NCBI GenBank assembly: GCA_004764695.1
Contig: SMSO01000025.1
Span: 1,736,001 to 1,800,000 of the forward strand
Direction of reading: 5' to 3'
Length of the DNA: 64,000 bases
From: Schizochytrium sp. TIO01
Taxonomy: Eukaryota; Protista; Bigyra: Labyrinthulomycetes
The translations under genes were made by a program, and so were the position numbers. Positions within the stretch are counted from its first letter, which is position 1. Each line of letters begins with the position of its first letter. This document shows, one piece after another, positions 50,202-62,171 of the stretch. The notes beneath the pieces are model-generated. The model saw nothing but the letters and a program-made list of their open reading frames with translations, was not told the DNA's origin and did no database searches.

Positions 50202-50921
50202 TGTCTCCAACAATCGCTTCCCAACGAGGTTTGTACCAAAGACCTGAGCGTAGTAGCCCTTGAACAAGCTCTGAGCAGTCACAAGCAAAGTCAAGCCACC
50301 AGAACCTATAGAAGCTGGTTGATTTGGTTTCTTTTTATTTCTTCTTCTCTTTCTTTCAACTCATCCCCGCTCCTGCTTTTTACTGCCCATAGTAAAACAG
50401 CACCTTGGTTCCCTTAAAGTTTTCGAAAGTTGCTGCAAAGTTTGTATTTAGCATCGGTCTCGTCGTTGTATGAAGTGCGATGGAGGACCCAGAAATACTG
50501 GAAAGGCTGCGCTTATGACCTATCGCTGATCTGTATTGACTTGGGCGTCTATTCAAGCCAAAGGGTTGATAATAGTAGCTTCTGACTGACGATATTGACC
50601 TAGGTACTCAGAGCAAGGCAAGTAAAGTAATAAAGAGAAGAAAAAATAAAAAATCAATCGACGATCGCCTTCCCAGAACCAGTAAATAAGTGCCTCACAT
50701 AAAGTGCAACATTTTATAAAAGCAAGCCAAGCCAAGCCAAGGCAAGCCAAGACAGACAATAAACAACAAAGAATTTGAATCGAGGCAATCAGATCTGCTC
50801 TCGTGGGCACTTCTGCGACGGCAGGGGCCCATCCTTTAGTTTGGCAACTCAGCTAAGAGAAACCAGCCAAGAAACTCGCAAACAAACCCTAGCGCTTCAT
50901 TTGCTTGCTCTGTTGGGAACA

Positions 50922-52688
50922 ATGACCTCCAAGGTGCAGGAATTGGTGGACCAAGCGGAGGCCGCGGAATCCGAGGGCCTCTTTCAAGAAGCCTTTGAGG
51001 CTCTCCAGGAGGCTGTACGCATCTCAAAACCGCAAGGGCGCTCTGGAGCTGCTGGCGCCAGCAAAGATCAAGCTCAGGACCGATTTATTGCGCAACTTGC
51101 GTACTGCTCATTTGCAGTTCGTGTGAGTTTGCAGAGCCTAGAGCCTGAAGATGTGATGCAGGTTGACGCCATGCTGAAAGAGTGCTGTAACGCTCGCCAG
51201 ATCGCAGATGATCACCAGTTGAGTGCTGCGTTTGGTTTACGCGGAGTTATTCTGAGCCAAGCCATCGGCGATTTTCAAACAGCAATGGAGTGTTTTCAGC
51301 AGAGCCTTGCACTCAATGGTGCAAACTGCGACTCTCTGTACTGCATGGCATCGGTATTGGACGAGGTTCTTGATGAGAAGGAAGAGGCTGCCAAATTGTA
51401 CACGAAGCTTCTTGCACTGCAGCCTGATAATGTTGCGGTGATGAACAACTTTTCTACGCTTCTTATTGAGAAATCCCGCAAAGCATCACCTCAAGATCGT
51501 GCAGAGGCCCTGCACCAGGCCAAGCAGCTCCTCCGCAGGGCTCAGGACGAGGCACCCGGATTTCCGGCATACAACCTTGCGTGTATTGCAGCGCAAGAAG
51601 CTGCAAATGCTGAGAACGATGACCAGAAGTCACTGGCATGCCGCGATTGCTCCTCGTGGCTAAAGGTGGCTCAGCGTACTGGTGGCATTCCGGAGGCCAG
51701 CATGCTAGAGGAGGACGAGGATCTTGAGTCTGTGCGTCAGGAAGGCTGGTTCAAACAAGCTATAGTGCAAGCAAAACACCCGGACTGTTTTGTAACGACC
51801 TTTGCTGGAGACTGTATTCTCCTTAAAGAGCCCTCAGGTGGAGTATGTAGCAATAGCGACGAAACAATGGCAACCAATGGACCTACCACTGTTAGCGATG
51901 ATGAAGTCATGGTAGATGTAAATGTGAACGATAACAACGACAAAAATGGTGAGCAAGCAGCGGCTAAACCCATTAACAGGGGAGAGGAGATCGAGGGTAC
52001 GACTGGATGGACTATTTGGAATGCCAGCTATGTACTTCTTCGCTGGCTAGAGGCCGACTTGAACGGTAAGATGCCGGAGGGCTACCTGAGCGTATCTGGC
52101 TCTCATGGTGCTGCATGGTGGAAGGGCAAGCGAGTACTTGACCTAAGCGCGGGACTTGGTCTTCTCGGTATTGCGTGCGCTAAGATGGGCGCTAATGTTG
52201 TTCTTACGGATGTAGGGTCAAAACAAGTTAAGACAATGCAAGAGAACGTCGCGCTCAATGGATTCGGGACAGAGCAAGTGGTATGTGCACCGCTGGCCTG
52301 GGGAGACGAGGAGGCCTATAACGAGATTGTAACCAGATATGGTCCATTTGATGTTGTGCTTGCAAGTGATCTCGTCTATATTGCAATTCGTGACAAATTA
52401 TTCGAGCCATTCGCCGCCACGATTCGCCAAATTGTTCAGGAGCCAGCAACTCAGCTTATCCTTGGTTTTGAGGAGCGCCAAGCACGGGCCGAGCGTGAGT
52501 TTTTTAACGAACTTCAGAAGTATGTGACAATGGAAAGCCACCGCGTGGCTGAGCCCGAGTTCTTGTATGACATTCGCGAAACAAACGAAGAAGAAAACAT
52601 CACGTCTGCTTTCGCGGGGCTCGTAATGCACGAGGAGCCTGAATTCATTTTGGCTTCAATTCGTGGATCGACTAGTGGTAGTGAATAA
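50922..52688 (+). CDS. TPR-repeat protein fused to a METTL21/Methyltransf_16-type lysine methyltransferase
   Basis: TPRs (AMECFQQSLALN, AAKLYTKLLALQPDN), capping YNLAC...DEDLESVRQEGWF; MTase motifs TGWTIWNASYVL, KRVLDLSAGLGLLG, VVLTD, LAWG, FDVVLASDLVY. ATG at 50922. Confidence 0.88.
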   Translation: MTSKVQELVDQAEAAESEGLFQEAFEALQEAVRISKPQGRSGAAGASKDQAQDRFIAQLAYCSFAVRVSLQSLEPEDVMQVDAMLKECCNARQIADDHQLSAAFGLRGVILSQAIGDFQTAMECFQQSLALNGANCDSLYCMASVLDEVLDEKEEAAKLYTKLLALQPDNVAVMNNFSTLLIEKSRKASPQDRAEALHQAKQLLRRAQDEAPGFPAYNLACIAAQEAANAENDDQKSLACRDCSSWLKVAQRTGGIPEASMLEEDEDLESVRQEGWFKQAIVQAKHPDCFVTTFAGDCILLKEPSGGVCSNSDETMATNGPTTVSDDEVMVDVNVNDNNDKNGEQAAAKPINRGEEIEGTTGWTIWNASYVLLRWLEADLNGKMPEGYLSVSGSHGAAWWKGKRVLDLSAGLGLLGIACAKMGANVVLTDVGSKQVKTMQENVALNGFGTEQVVCAPLAWGDEEAYNEIVTRYGPFDVVLASDLVYIAIRDKLFEPFAATIRQIVQEPATQLILGFEERQARAEREFFNELQKYVTMESHRVAEPEFLYDIRETNEEENITSAFAGLVMHEEPEFILASIRGSTSGSE

Positions 52689-53735
52689 AACTAATCTTGT
52701 TTCTTGCTTGAAAGCCTGTCTTTTTATGACTTCAAAATCTTGAAACTACCTCCTAGCAAATCCAGTTGAAGGGACACTATGGAAAGAAAGATAAGGTGTT
52801 TATGATTGCAAGGGGGTAGACCAGATCCTGGATATTCCAGGAATAACGGGTGCTAGCACGGAAGTAAAATGATGGACAACATCTCTCCAAGGAGGGAGAT
52901 AGCATCTAAATTGGGTAGCATGATTCTACAATAGATGGTAACTACAGTTGTGCAAAATCATCAACTGCTTGATTGACTTGATGTGACTTGATTTAATTTG
53001 AATTTAACTTGACTTGACTTGACTTGATTTTTATATGGCTTGATTTGCTAGACTGGACTTCAGAAGACGACATAATTGTCCACGAAGTTTCTATAAATGG
53101 TTGGAACAACATGAGTTGATGCGAGTGCGCAAGAATATGTCTCATCTCCATGAAGGAGGCAACTATCTGCAAATTATGAAGGCTATTCACACATGCTTGA
53201 TGCGAAAATAAAAAGGCCTGGGTTGATCTGATCGCCACCATGACCAGAACAAAAACACGATGGGCTCTCCCGCGGTGGGTTCGTTTCAACATGCTTATCC
53301 ACTACCCTGCAAAAGTTCTAAGGATGTGAAAAGCAGGGCCATGCTTTACTGGCTGATTAGCTGACTGACGCGGACTGCGAAAGCTATGCTGACTGCACAA
53401 CTGACTGATTTACTGACCACTTGGAGAATAGATAGGATAGTTTAAAGCAAATTTGATATGCTGAAAAGCTGCTAAGCTTATTGGTTGCTTGGGCTATCTT
53501 TCGCATGAAGTCAGTGGAAAATCAATCATCTGTTCAAACAAACTGCTTGCTTGGATTTTCCCGCTTTGGGTACACTCCTAATTTAGGATGATGTGATGCA
53601 TGCATAGCAGTACCTTCAACAGCCAGTGAGGTCCATGATATATTATGCGTACCAAATCTGTTTCCGTTCTATAGTGACCAGGAGGGCATTCCGGTCAACC
53701 ATGCTGATGAAGAAAAGCTCGCAAAGCTTGATTTC

Positions 53736-55400
53736 TTACTGCTGGTCAGCTGGAAGAGGGCTGCCACCGCGTTGTGCAGGCGAGTATGAGCCCTCACGAC
53801 GGTAACCACCTGGTGCGCCTCGACGATCATCTTCCATATCACGAGGCGGCATGCGTGAGCGATCATCGTATTCGCGAGGAGGCCGACCCCTTTCGTCATA
53901 CATTTCATCACGACCAGGGGGGGCGGCGATCATCGTAATAGTCCCGAGGATGCATCGGGCGGCGGTCATCAAAGTAATCATCTCGTGGGGGGCGGCGGTC
54001 GTCATAGCCACGGCGGTACGGATCACCACGGCGATCATAGCGGTCATCATAACCACGACGATCATCAAATCCACGACGACCATAGTCTCTACGGTCATCA
54101 TAGCGATCACGGCCGTAGTCTCTGCGGTCATCATAACGGTAATGATCTTGCCTATCATAGTAGTCATCACGGTATGGATCATCCGGGTAACGAGGCCGAG
54201 GGGGCGGCGAACGATACCTTTTAGTGATAAATGAATAAAAATTTTAGCAAGCATGGTCAACGCGCCAGCGCAAAAACAATAACATGTTAGTCTTTTGATT
54301 CTAGAATACCATGACATCACCCTCCTATTTAAAAACAATATCCCTACAAAAAAAACACGCGAAGCAATCTTCGCAAGAAAGTTTGTTTTCGAACAAAGCA
54401 ATCTCGTATGGTAGACGATTAAAACCCTTTTTAATTTAGGATTCTTGTCTCGATCGCCTATCCACAATGCCAGTACCAACACTTTAGGTTTAATAAAGCT
54501 GGAGCAAGCTATGCCCGACTATGCTCTTGGAATATCCCCAAGAAGAGAACTATTCAAGAAATCGTCACTCAGTACGTGTAAAACTCACCTTCTTCCGCCA
54601 CCGCCTCGACGTCCGCCGCCACCGCCAGTCTGAGCTCTCATTTCGTCTGCAGACCTACGCCCTCTGCGTGCCTGCTCCACTGTGACCTCCCTGGACCCAA
54701 TAGTAGTGCCATTGGCCTCTCGGATGGCTGTTTCAACACCTTCCTGAGACTCAAACTCAATGAAGCCAAATCCCTTTGGCTTATGTGAGTGATAGTCCCT
54801 CGGGATGTAGCAGTCAACTACAGCACCGTACTTTTCAAACTCCTGGCGCAGCGTTTCAACGTTGATTGAGTCATCCAAGTTCTTCACGAGTGCTGATGTC
54901 TGTACTGGTCCTCTGCGGCGTCCTCCTCCACGGCTGCTGCTACCTCCACGGCGTCCTCCGCGTCCTCCAAACCTTTCACGGCGGTCCCTGGATCCGCTTC
55001 TCCCGCGTCGAGGGCTGGGCTCGCGGCCTCCTCTGCGACGGTCTTCTACGGGACCTTGATCATCACGATCACCTCGATCGCCATCATCGCCTCCAGCTCT
55101 GTCATGCCAACCGCGGTCAGAATCGCGTGGCCGCCTGCGTTCATCGAAGTCGTCGCCGTCATTCTCTGCATCGTAATTGGAATCTCCTTCCCTCAAATTT
55201 CTGCGTTGTCTGTGATCTTTGTCGTCACGGTTTCTGTCATCATCGCCGTGACCATCGTCGTCAGGGCGGCGTCCACCATCGTCGCCATTGGCAACTTCGT
55301 CGCCACCGCGCGCATTCTCGTCGTCACCAGCACCAGCGTTACCGTCCTCGCGCGGCTCGCCAGCACCGCTAGACTCAAGGTCATCGTACAGACCGTCCAT
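53736..55400 (-). CDS. RRM-containing SR/SC35-like splicing factor; exons 54589-55400 and 53736-54217, frameshift at the G7 tract 53917-53923
   Basis: RRM SALVKNL...LRQEFEKYGAVVDCYIPRDY...PKGFGFIEF. The GT-AG intron gives an in-frame R-YRSPPPR and a YDDRR-repeat tail. Confidence 0.85.
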
Positions 55401-57749
55401 CGCGCCGACCAGCAGCAAGCGTGCCTCTGAGCTGCTTGCGCAAGCGTAGGCTTCGTTCTGTTTGGCAATATTTGAATTGTCTATATTTGTTCAAGAATGA
55501 ATGAATGTCATTAAATCGAGTTGTTTGAATCAATTGATTTCTCTGGTCACCTCCTCTCTATGAACCCTCTAGATAAGACTAGAACTCTGAAAAGAGCTTG
55601 AGATTTTCACACGAACTTGGGATCGAGCAGTCTATTGAGAGAGCTATGGTCTTATACTACGTTCATAGAGTCACTCAGCCCCCGTGCTCGCGAAGAGCTA
55701 TAATTCACTTGCAAAGCCTATAGCACAGTTGTAGATGCTAAAGCTTCATAGTGTGGGCACGATAGGGCACTTGCGAACAGGGCCATGTATGTACTGGAGT
55801 TAGATAAGCTAGAAGAGCAATAGAATCTTGCCTTGAAAATTAGCGAAGCTGTGCATGTGGTGCATCGCGGCTTCGTGGCATAAGTTGGAAGTAACCGAAG
55901 TGAGTAGAGTTTAAGGATTGTACCTGAGAGCAAGGTCATATTGGGAGGAGCTTTAGAGGTTTATTGATAGGGTGTTTCTTTATTTATTAAAGTGGTTGTG
56001 AGTATGCTTCAATACAATTGCAGTGAAATTGTGAGAGACGCAAAAGAATCGCCGCAACCATTATTCGAAGTTAGACAGATCTCAATAAATCTGCAACGAT
56101 AGTGCTATCGTTGCAGTGTTTCCTGTTTCTTTAGATTATTTAGCCAATTCTAAACAATAATAGCCTTGGGTACTCTAATTCGTATCAAGGGCCTTGGAAT
56201 GGGCAGGAATAACCAGCGCTTGTAGAAAGGTTCGCGCATTTCCGTATTAGTTCGCCTCTAGTAATGGAGGAAGTAAAAGGAGCTTCTAAAGTTTATTCTT
56301 TCATACTCCGTCATTTCCATGTTTTTTCAACATCTCCTCACTTCATTCCATCACAGAATCGGCCTGTACTTGCCCAGCAGTCTTGGCTTGTCGTACATTA
56401 AGCATGCGAGTACCCGCACTGCAAGAGATGGACTTCTCTCACCGGCAATCTCGCTCCACTTTGAGGCCTAAGTAGTCCTACCGAATTTGTTGTGAGGCCT
56501 CCCTTTCTCAAGTGTTCTTCCTTTCCAAGATGAGGTTATAGGGCAGACTTCCACTGTTATTATTAACTTGAATATAAGAGAACAAACCTGAAAGAAAAAG
56601 AAAAGAAAAGAGAGAAAATGCTAAAAGCAAATAAGAAGCAAGAAGCCAGACTAGTACTGTTAGCACTCACCTATACCAAACAGTAGGATCCTAAAGATCA
56701 TGGATATCATTTTCTCTTTTCTTCTTTCTTCTTTCTTTTGTTCCTTCTTCTGTATAAAGTCCAAGACATAGAACAGCCAACGAGACGGAAAACCAGAAAC
56801 AGGAGAGAACGTGAACAGCATCTTGAAAATTACTTGCTTAAGCGCTGCCTAGCTATCCTTAAACCCGCAAGCTACAGCTCTTCGAGAGTGCGGAACCCTA
56901 CTTTGGCCCTTTTGCGCAGGTTTCCCTCATGAGAACGAATGACCCCGATGATAACGTCGCTACCTGAGTGTTCTGAAGAGTCAGAAAAGCCTAGAAGAAA
57001 AAGAAAGCAAGCTACGAGAAAGGACTACTACCGACTACTACCTACGACTTATCGCTCTTACTGCTAGTTCTAGCGCTACCAAAAAGCCAGGGTAAGAACG
57101 ACTCAAAGAGAAAGAAAAAGAAGATCCTTCTAATATTGGTAATATTCTTTCTTTCTCTGTTCTTTCTTTCTTTCTTTTTTCTTGTTTTGTTTACGTACGG
57201 GTACATAGCCAGCTATAGTCGGTGCCTACGTAGGTACTATCTATGATACGAGGTAAGACTAGATACTGGGCAGTAGGTACCTGTTCTTTTGGAAAAGCGG
57301 AATATTATGAATGAGTCAGTCTTTTCCTTTGGCGTGTTTTCTGCTTTCTTTCTCATCTTCAGCAGGCCAGCAAACTCTTCTCGCGCCGCGCCCTGCTTGC
57401 AGGTTCCCGCGCTAGCTCCGCCTGCCGATATCACCGCCACCTAGACAGGATCCTTCTCGCGCGCTCTCTCTCGCAGCCTTGCCTTCACCTGGACGCCTGC
57501 GCGCTACTGCATCCCGCGCGGCATTCAGTTGGTCTACCGTCCGAAAGAGACGAAAATAGATCAGATTAGTTTAGTTCAAGTTGGACTGTATTACTATAGA
57601 CGCGGCTTCGAGGTCTTCCGACGAAGCGTACTAACACGGGGGGTTTGAATCTGGCTTGTTTGGAGCAGGATTCTTGAGATCTCCCGAAAAACTTTTGCTA
57701 GTAGACTAGTTGGGGGAAGCTTGAATTAATATAAATATCAAAAGCTAAA

Positions 57750-58334
57750 ATGTCTGGCAAGACGCATCATTCCAAGCTGGTTCTGCTTGGCGATACTGCC
57801 GTCGGCAAGTCCTGCCTTGTCGTTCGTTTCGTTCGCGATGAGTTCTTTGAGTTTCAGGAGCCCACGATTGGTGCTGCTTTCCTGACACAGACTGTGACGC
57901 TTGATGATGCCACCGTGAAGTTCGAGATTTGGGATACTGCTGGCCAGGAGCGTTACCGTAGTCTCGCACCCATGTACTATCGCGGTGCATCCGCAGCGGT
58001 TGTCGTGTACGATATCACTAACCGTGAGTCTTACGATGGTGCAAAATCCTGGATCACTGAACTTCAGCGCCGTGGAGACCCCAATGTCATTCTTGCTCTT
58101 GCAGGTAACAAGGTCGATAACGAGGCTCAGCGCCAGGTTCCTAAGGAGGAGGTTGAGGAGTACGCCAACGAGAACAGTATCATCTTCTTTGAGACTTCCG
58201 CCAAGACTGCTCAGAACGTGCGTGAGCTCTTTGTAGAAATTGCCAACAAGCTCCCTAAGACGGAGCAGGCTGACGAGACTTCAGCGTTCCCTGTCACTGA
58301 CGACACCGAGGAGGAGAAGCGTGGCTGCTGCTAA
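57750..58334 (+). CDS. RAB5: Rab5 GTPase
   Basis: [63 protein letters not shown]-terminal CC. Confidence 0.97.
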   Translation: MSGKTHHSKLVLLGDTAVGKSCLVVRFVRDEFFEFQEPTIGAAFLTQTVTLDDATVKFEIWDTAGQERYRSLAPMYYRGASAAVVVYDITNRESYDGAKSWITELQRRGDPNVILALAGNKVDNEAQRQVPKEEVEEYANENSIIFFETSAKTAQNVRELFVEIANKLPKTEQADETSAFPVTDDTEEEKRGCC

Positions 58335-59165
58335 GCTCACTACTCTCCATGTACAAGCTACTACGTTTTCATGGCTAGGACTCCTTGTTCGACATTACCG
58401 ACAAGTTATCATATTCTCTTTGTTTTGAATGTAATCATAATCTCGCAATTCAAAGAGATGATACTGGCTCTTTTCTATCATAGATGGCAAATGTCCCTTA
58501 TGATTGTCAATGCAGTTGCTGGTGCCGTAGTTCTTACTTTGAGTTATGGTCATCAGGCATGAACAGTCCAAATTCCCCCACTCATCCAATTCAACAGCAG
58601 AAACCAAATGTATGGACTGATTCTAAATTCTTTTCCGCTGTTCACGTGAAAAGAAAATTGATTGGATTCTTTGCATTGCCACACTTCGACATTTCAAGGG
58701 TAGCTTTTTCTTGCACATGCCAAGTGCAGCTACATCATAATGTTCTGCAAGATCTCCTAAACTCTTTTCTCACCAAAACTAAAACCAAAGGCAAGCCGAA
58801 GCTTCTCCTTAGCTCCAAGCTCCAGAACCACCAAGATCTAACTACCATACCTTTGATCTAGTCTGGTGCTGTCCCTCACTAATGCTCACACACCTTCTAT
58901 GAATCTACACATCAATAAATATAAAAAAGAAAACAAAAGAAATATGAGAGATTCCGCCTAGAGAACCTTCCATGATGCCTTGTCTCAGCTTGCAGTTTAT
59001 TTTCTCTGTTGAAGGTAAGAATTGCTCGAATAGTTTTTTTATTTTTCAAATAGGTCATCAGAGCTTGCCATATCTCTTAATCTCTCTCTGCTTAAAAAAC
59101 AAAAACAAACTACAACAAAACGAGCAGTATTGTGATATTTATTTATTTTGTTTCGATAACAACAT

Positions 59166-60074
59166 TTATACGAGGTTCGTGTTTCTCCAGTCCGCAGCTT
59201 GGGAGTTGTAGAAAAAGTCGTCCATATCAGCTAGCTTCTCCTGTCGGCCATCTTTCAACAATTTGGTGAACTCAGCGGTGTTCTTGAGTTCTGTTGTCCA
59301 TGGTGCAGAGGGAGACCAGTTCTCGCCCTTTTTTGACATGATTTCCAAACCTGATTTTGCCTCATCAGAAAGCTCCTTGGTGCGAACCGCGATCAAACAG
59401 ACGCCATCCTTGGTCTTCAGCTTGTTGGCCACTTGGAGATGCGGCTTGGACACAGTCTCCATGTTGTCACGAGCAGGCGACACATACCAGCCCAAAATTT
59501 TGCTTCCCTCTGGAGTCTGGTCACTCTTGCAGTACTCCTCAACAAACGCCATACCGATCTCGAGCATCGGAGCCATCATAGGAGAGTGAAAGAACGGGAT
59601 CGCGTCATTTACAGTGTATTTACCCTTGGTCTCCGTGCCAATCAAGGCACCTAATTAATCAAACGGCATATCAGAAGATCATATAACACGAGCATCATAT
59701 CCAATTCATCCCAGTGGTTTTGTCAGTCTTTCAAATTCTCACTATCTTTACAGAAAACCTCTAAACAGGATCACCCTTTTTCGAAGAATATGAAGAAACA
59801 CCTAATACAGTTCCGCAACCGCGGTCATGTTTATAGTGGCGAACGAAGCAAAAATATTCATTCACAATCTAGCACGCAAGATTTGCCTCTAAATTATCCC
59901 ATCACCCGTGTTCTTTTTCTTGCTTCACTTACCGCAAACATCTGCCCATGGAAATCTTGCTGAGTGCAAAAGGATTTTGAGGTGCGCTTGCTTCGACACA
60001 GATCCGGAGGCATCCTTGCCCGAGTTGAGTGCCTCTGCGGCAGCAGCGGCGATGTCGCTCGGCTCGTCGCCCAT
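59166..60074 (-). CDS. EMC8: ER membrane complex subunit 8/9 (UPF0172, MPN-like); exons 59933-60074 and 59166-59650
   Basis: Spliced product AHLKILLHSARFPWADVCG|ALIG...DAIPFFH...PMLEIG...ILGWY...LADMDDF....DWRN; canonical gtaagt...ttag intron. Confidence 0.88.
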
Positions 60075-61079
60075 CTTTCTGACTCAAGATCCAGATGCAG
60101 CTCCTTTTTCACCTGTTAGTATCCAAAATTAAGTTAACGCTGAACAGACAGAGAGTAGTCAAGCTTGCTTTGAGATGGCGTGGACGCAGAGCGTTTCTGG
60201 CCCCGCTTACGGCTCTGCAAAGCGTGGTTTGGTCGTGCTCCGAAAGCTGTGCAAAGAAACAAATAAGTAAACAATTAAATAGAAGAAAACATTTTTCTAG
60301 AGCAAAGAACAAAAGGGGAAGAAGGAGTGACCTGGAAGGTCTTAGTCACAATGCTAGGTGTGGTCTAGTGCTGATTTTTCTGTTGCGAAACATCAGGTTG
60401 AAATTCCGAGGATCCGCCACATTTAGCTACATAGCTACATCTGCAGAAATCATGACAAATGGTTATGAAGAGTAAAGATAAGACGAACAAGAACAGTTCT
60501 GAGTTAGACAAAATTGACTGGCTTTGCACCATTGTTATATTGTACAGGGTTACGCATTATTGACGCTTTTCAATACTTGAATACAGGCGAATTATCATAA
60601 TTTCGGCACGTGCCATCAAAGCGATTTAAATCGTCTAGGTAGACACCAGAATCTTTGGTGGTGAGATCGTCAATTTAAAATTACAAAAGTTATCTTTTTA
60701 GTTAAGTCCAGCTATCTATACTAATAGCTTGTGAGTGGCTCTCATTCGTAGGGTTGATATCACTTTGAATGCAACTACAACAATAGTCCAATTGTCCAAG
60801 AGACTGATTTGCTAGCTAAACCAGCTATTACTTAGCAAAATTCTTAAACAATGACAATGTTAGACTTATCAGTGCATGGTTTTTCAACATGAGTCATTGC
60901 TAAAGTTTGAATGTATCCAGGATAAAACAAGCAGAAGTTTTGCAGGTCCTTGTTTGTTGTGTGCTGAGAGTTGTTATGCTCTCATGATAGTACCTGCCGG
61001 CAGCAAGTGGGAGTGGATTGGTTTACTGAGACTGCTGGTCTTGCAGCGCACTTAACGCGTGAAGAAAGGGCTTTTGAAC

Positions 61080-62171
61080 TCATATGCATGATGGCAAAAT
61101 GCTCGCAGGAAGGGCGTAGATGGGCGAGATGTGGACAGAAGACTTAATGTTGTGCAACAGTTCTAGGCCGCAGAGACCGAAAAAGGTGTGAAAAAGGTCA
61201 CTTACATTGCCAGGGCGATCGGCAATTCCACCAACATCCTCATCTTGGCATTCAAGAATGAATTTGCAGAGGCGGTCCCTATCGATCCAGTCGATGCGAC
61301 CAAGCATCTTTAAGCATGTGAGAGCCCAGAAACTGTAACACACATCAGCCTGCTTTTCTGGGCGACCATTCAACCCCCCTGAGTCGCATTGTCTCTCAGA
61401 GAGCCACCAAGCCAGCTCATCAGCGTCATCCGGAGAGAGTTCATGGCCAGCTACCTGAAGAGCCCCCAAGGCGGTATAAGTGAACGCAGCATGTGACTCG
61501 GCATGAGGGACCTGGCCAAATCCACCGTCGGCAGCGTTGCGGCAGCTTAATACGTAGCGAACAGCACCCTTCATATCGACGACGTCCAGACGTTCCAACA
61601 TCTTCAGGCAGAAAAGAGCACAACATGTGTAGCGCGTGTCCTTTTCGCCAGACCACTCGTCAGCAAAGGACCCATCTGTTTGTTGACGAGAAGCAATGTA
61701 TGAAGCTACAAGATCTCTGTCAATTTTGTCTAGAGACTTACATTGCGCCAGGACATAAATCGCAAACTGCGTGTTGATAATGTTGGTATCGTGACCCACG
61801 TTGCCTCCAAAGCCGCCTGTTTTCGGATCCTGGCATTTGAGAACCCAGTTAACGATCTCCTCGCAGTTAACCTTATCCTCAGATTCGAGGATCTGCAAAG
61901 ATCCAAATGCCCAGAAAATACCTTGCACGCGAATATGTTCGATGGAAAGCATCTCGAGCGTATTCTTGGTTTCCTTTTCTTTTCTCCAAAAGTCGAGCAC
62001 ATAGGAAATGTGTTTTTCGCGCATAAAGCCCTTCACATCACCGTCTCGTTGCCTCAACTCACGTTCGAGGCGGTCGATTTCTGTTGCACGATCCGCAGAT
62101 TCTTGCTCGAGAATATTAACGCGGGTCTCTAGTGCCCGCACAGCTTGGCGAGCAAACTCCTGCGTGGCCAT
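61080..62171 (-). CDS. RABGGTB: Rab geranylgeranyltransferase (GGTase-II) beta subunit
   Basis: KHISY...EHIRVQGIFW, GGFGG..GHD, GSFADEWSGEKDTRY, ESHAAFTY, WWLSERQ..SGGLNGRPEKQADVCYSFW, GGIADRPG...DLFHTFFG. Confidence 0.93.
   Translation of the reverse strand: MATQEFARQAVRALETRVNILEQESADRATEIDRLERELRQRDGDVKGFMREKHISYVLDFWRKEKETKNTLEMLSIEHIRVQGIFWAFGSLQILESEDKVNCEEIVNWVLKCQDPKTGGFGGNVGHDTNIINTQFAIYVLAQCKSLDKIDRDLVASYIASRQQTDGSFADEWSGEKDTRYTCCALFCLKMLERLDVVDMKGAVRYVLSCRNAADGGFGQVPHAESHAAFTYTALGALQVAGHELSPDDADELAWWLSERQCDSGGLNGRPEKQADVCYSFWALTCLKMLGRIDWIDRDRLCKFILECQDEDVGGIADRPGNVSDLFHTFFGLCGLELLHNIKSSVHISPIYALPASILPSCI

Noticed and set aside
53900-54482. Ile/Thr/Met-rich reading of ORF 53736-54482
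   Set aside because: Wrong frame of the SR gene's exon 2 plus intron; only its last ~60 aa are the true frame.
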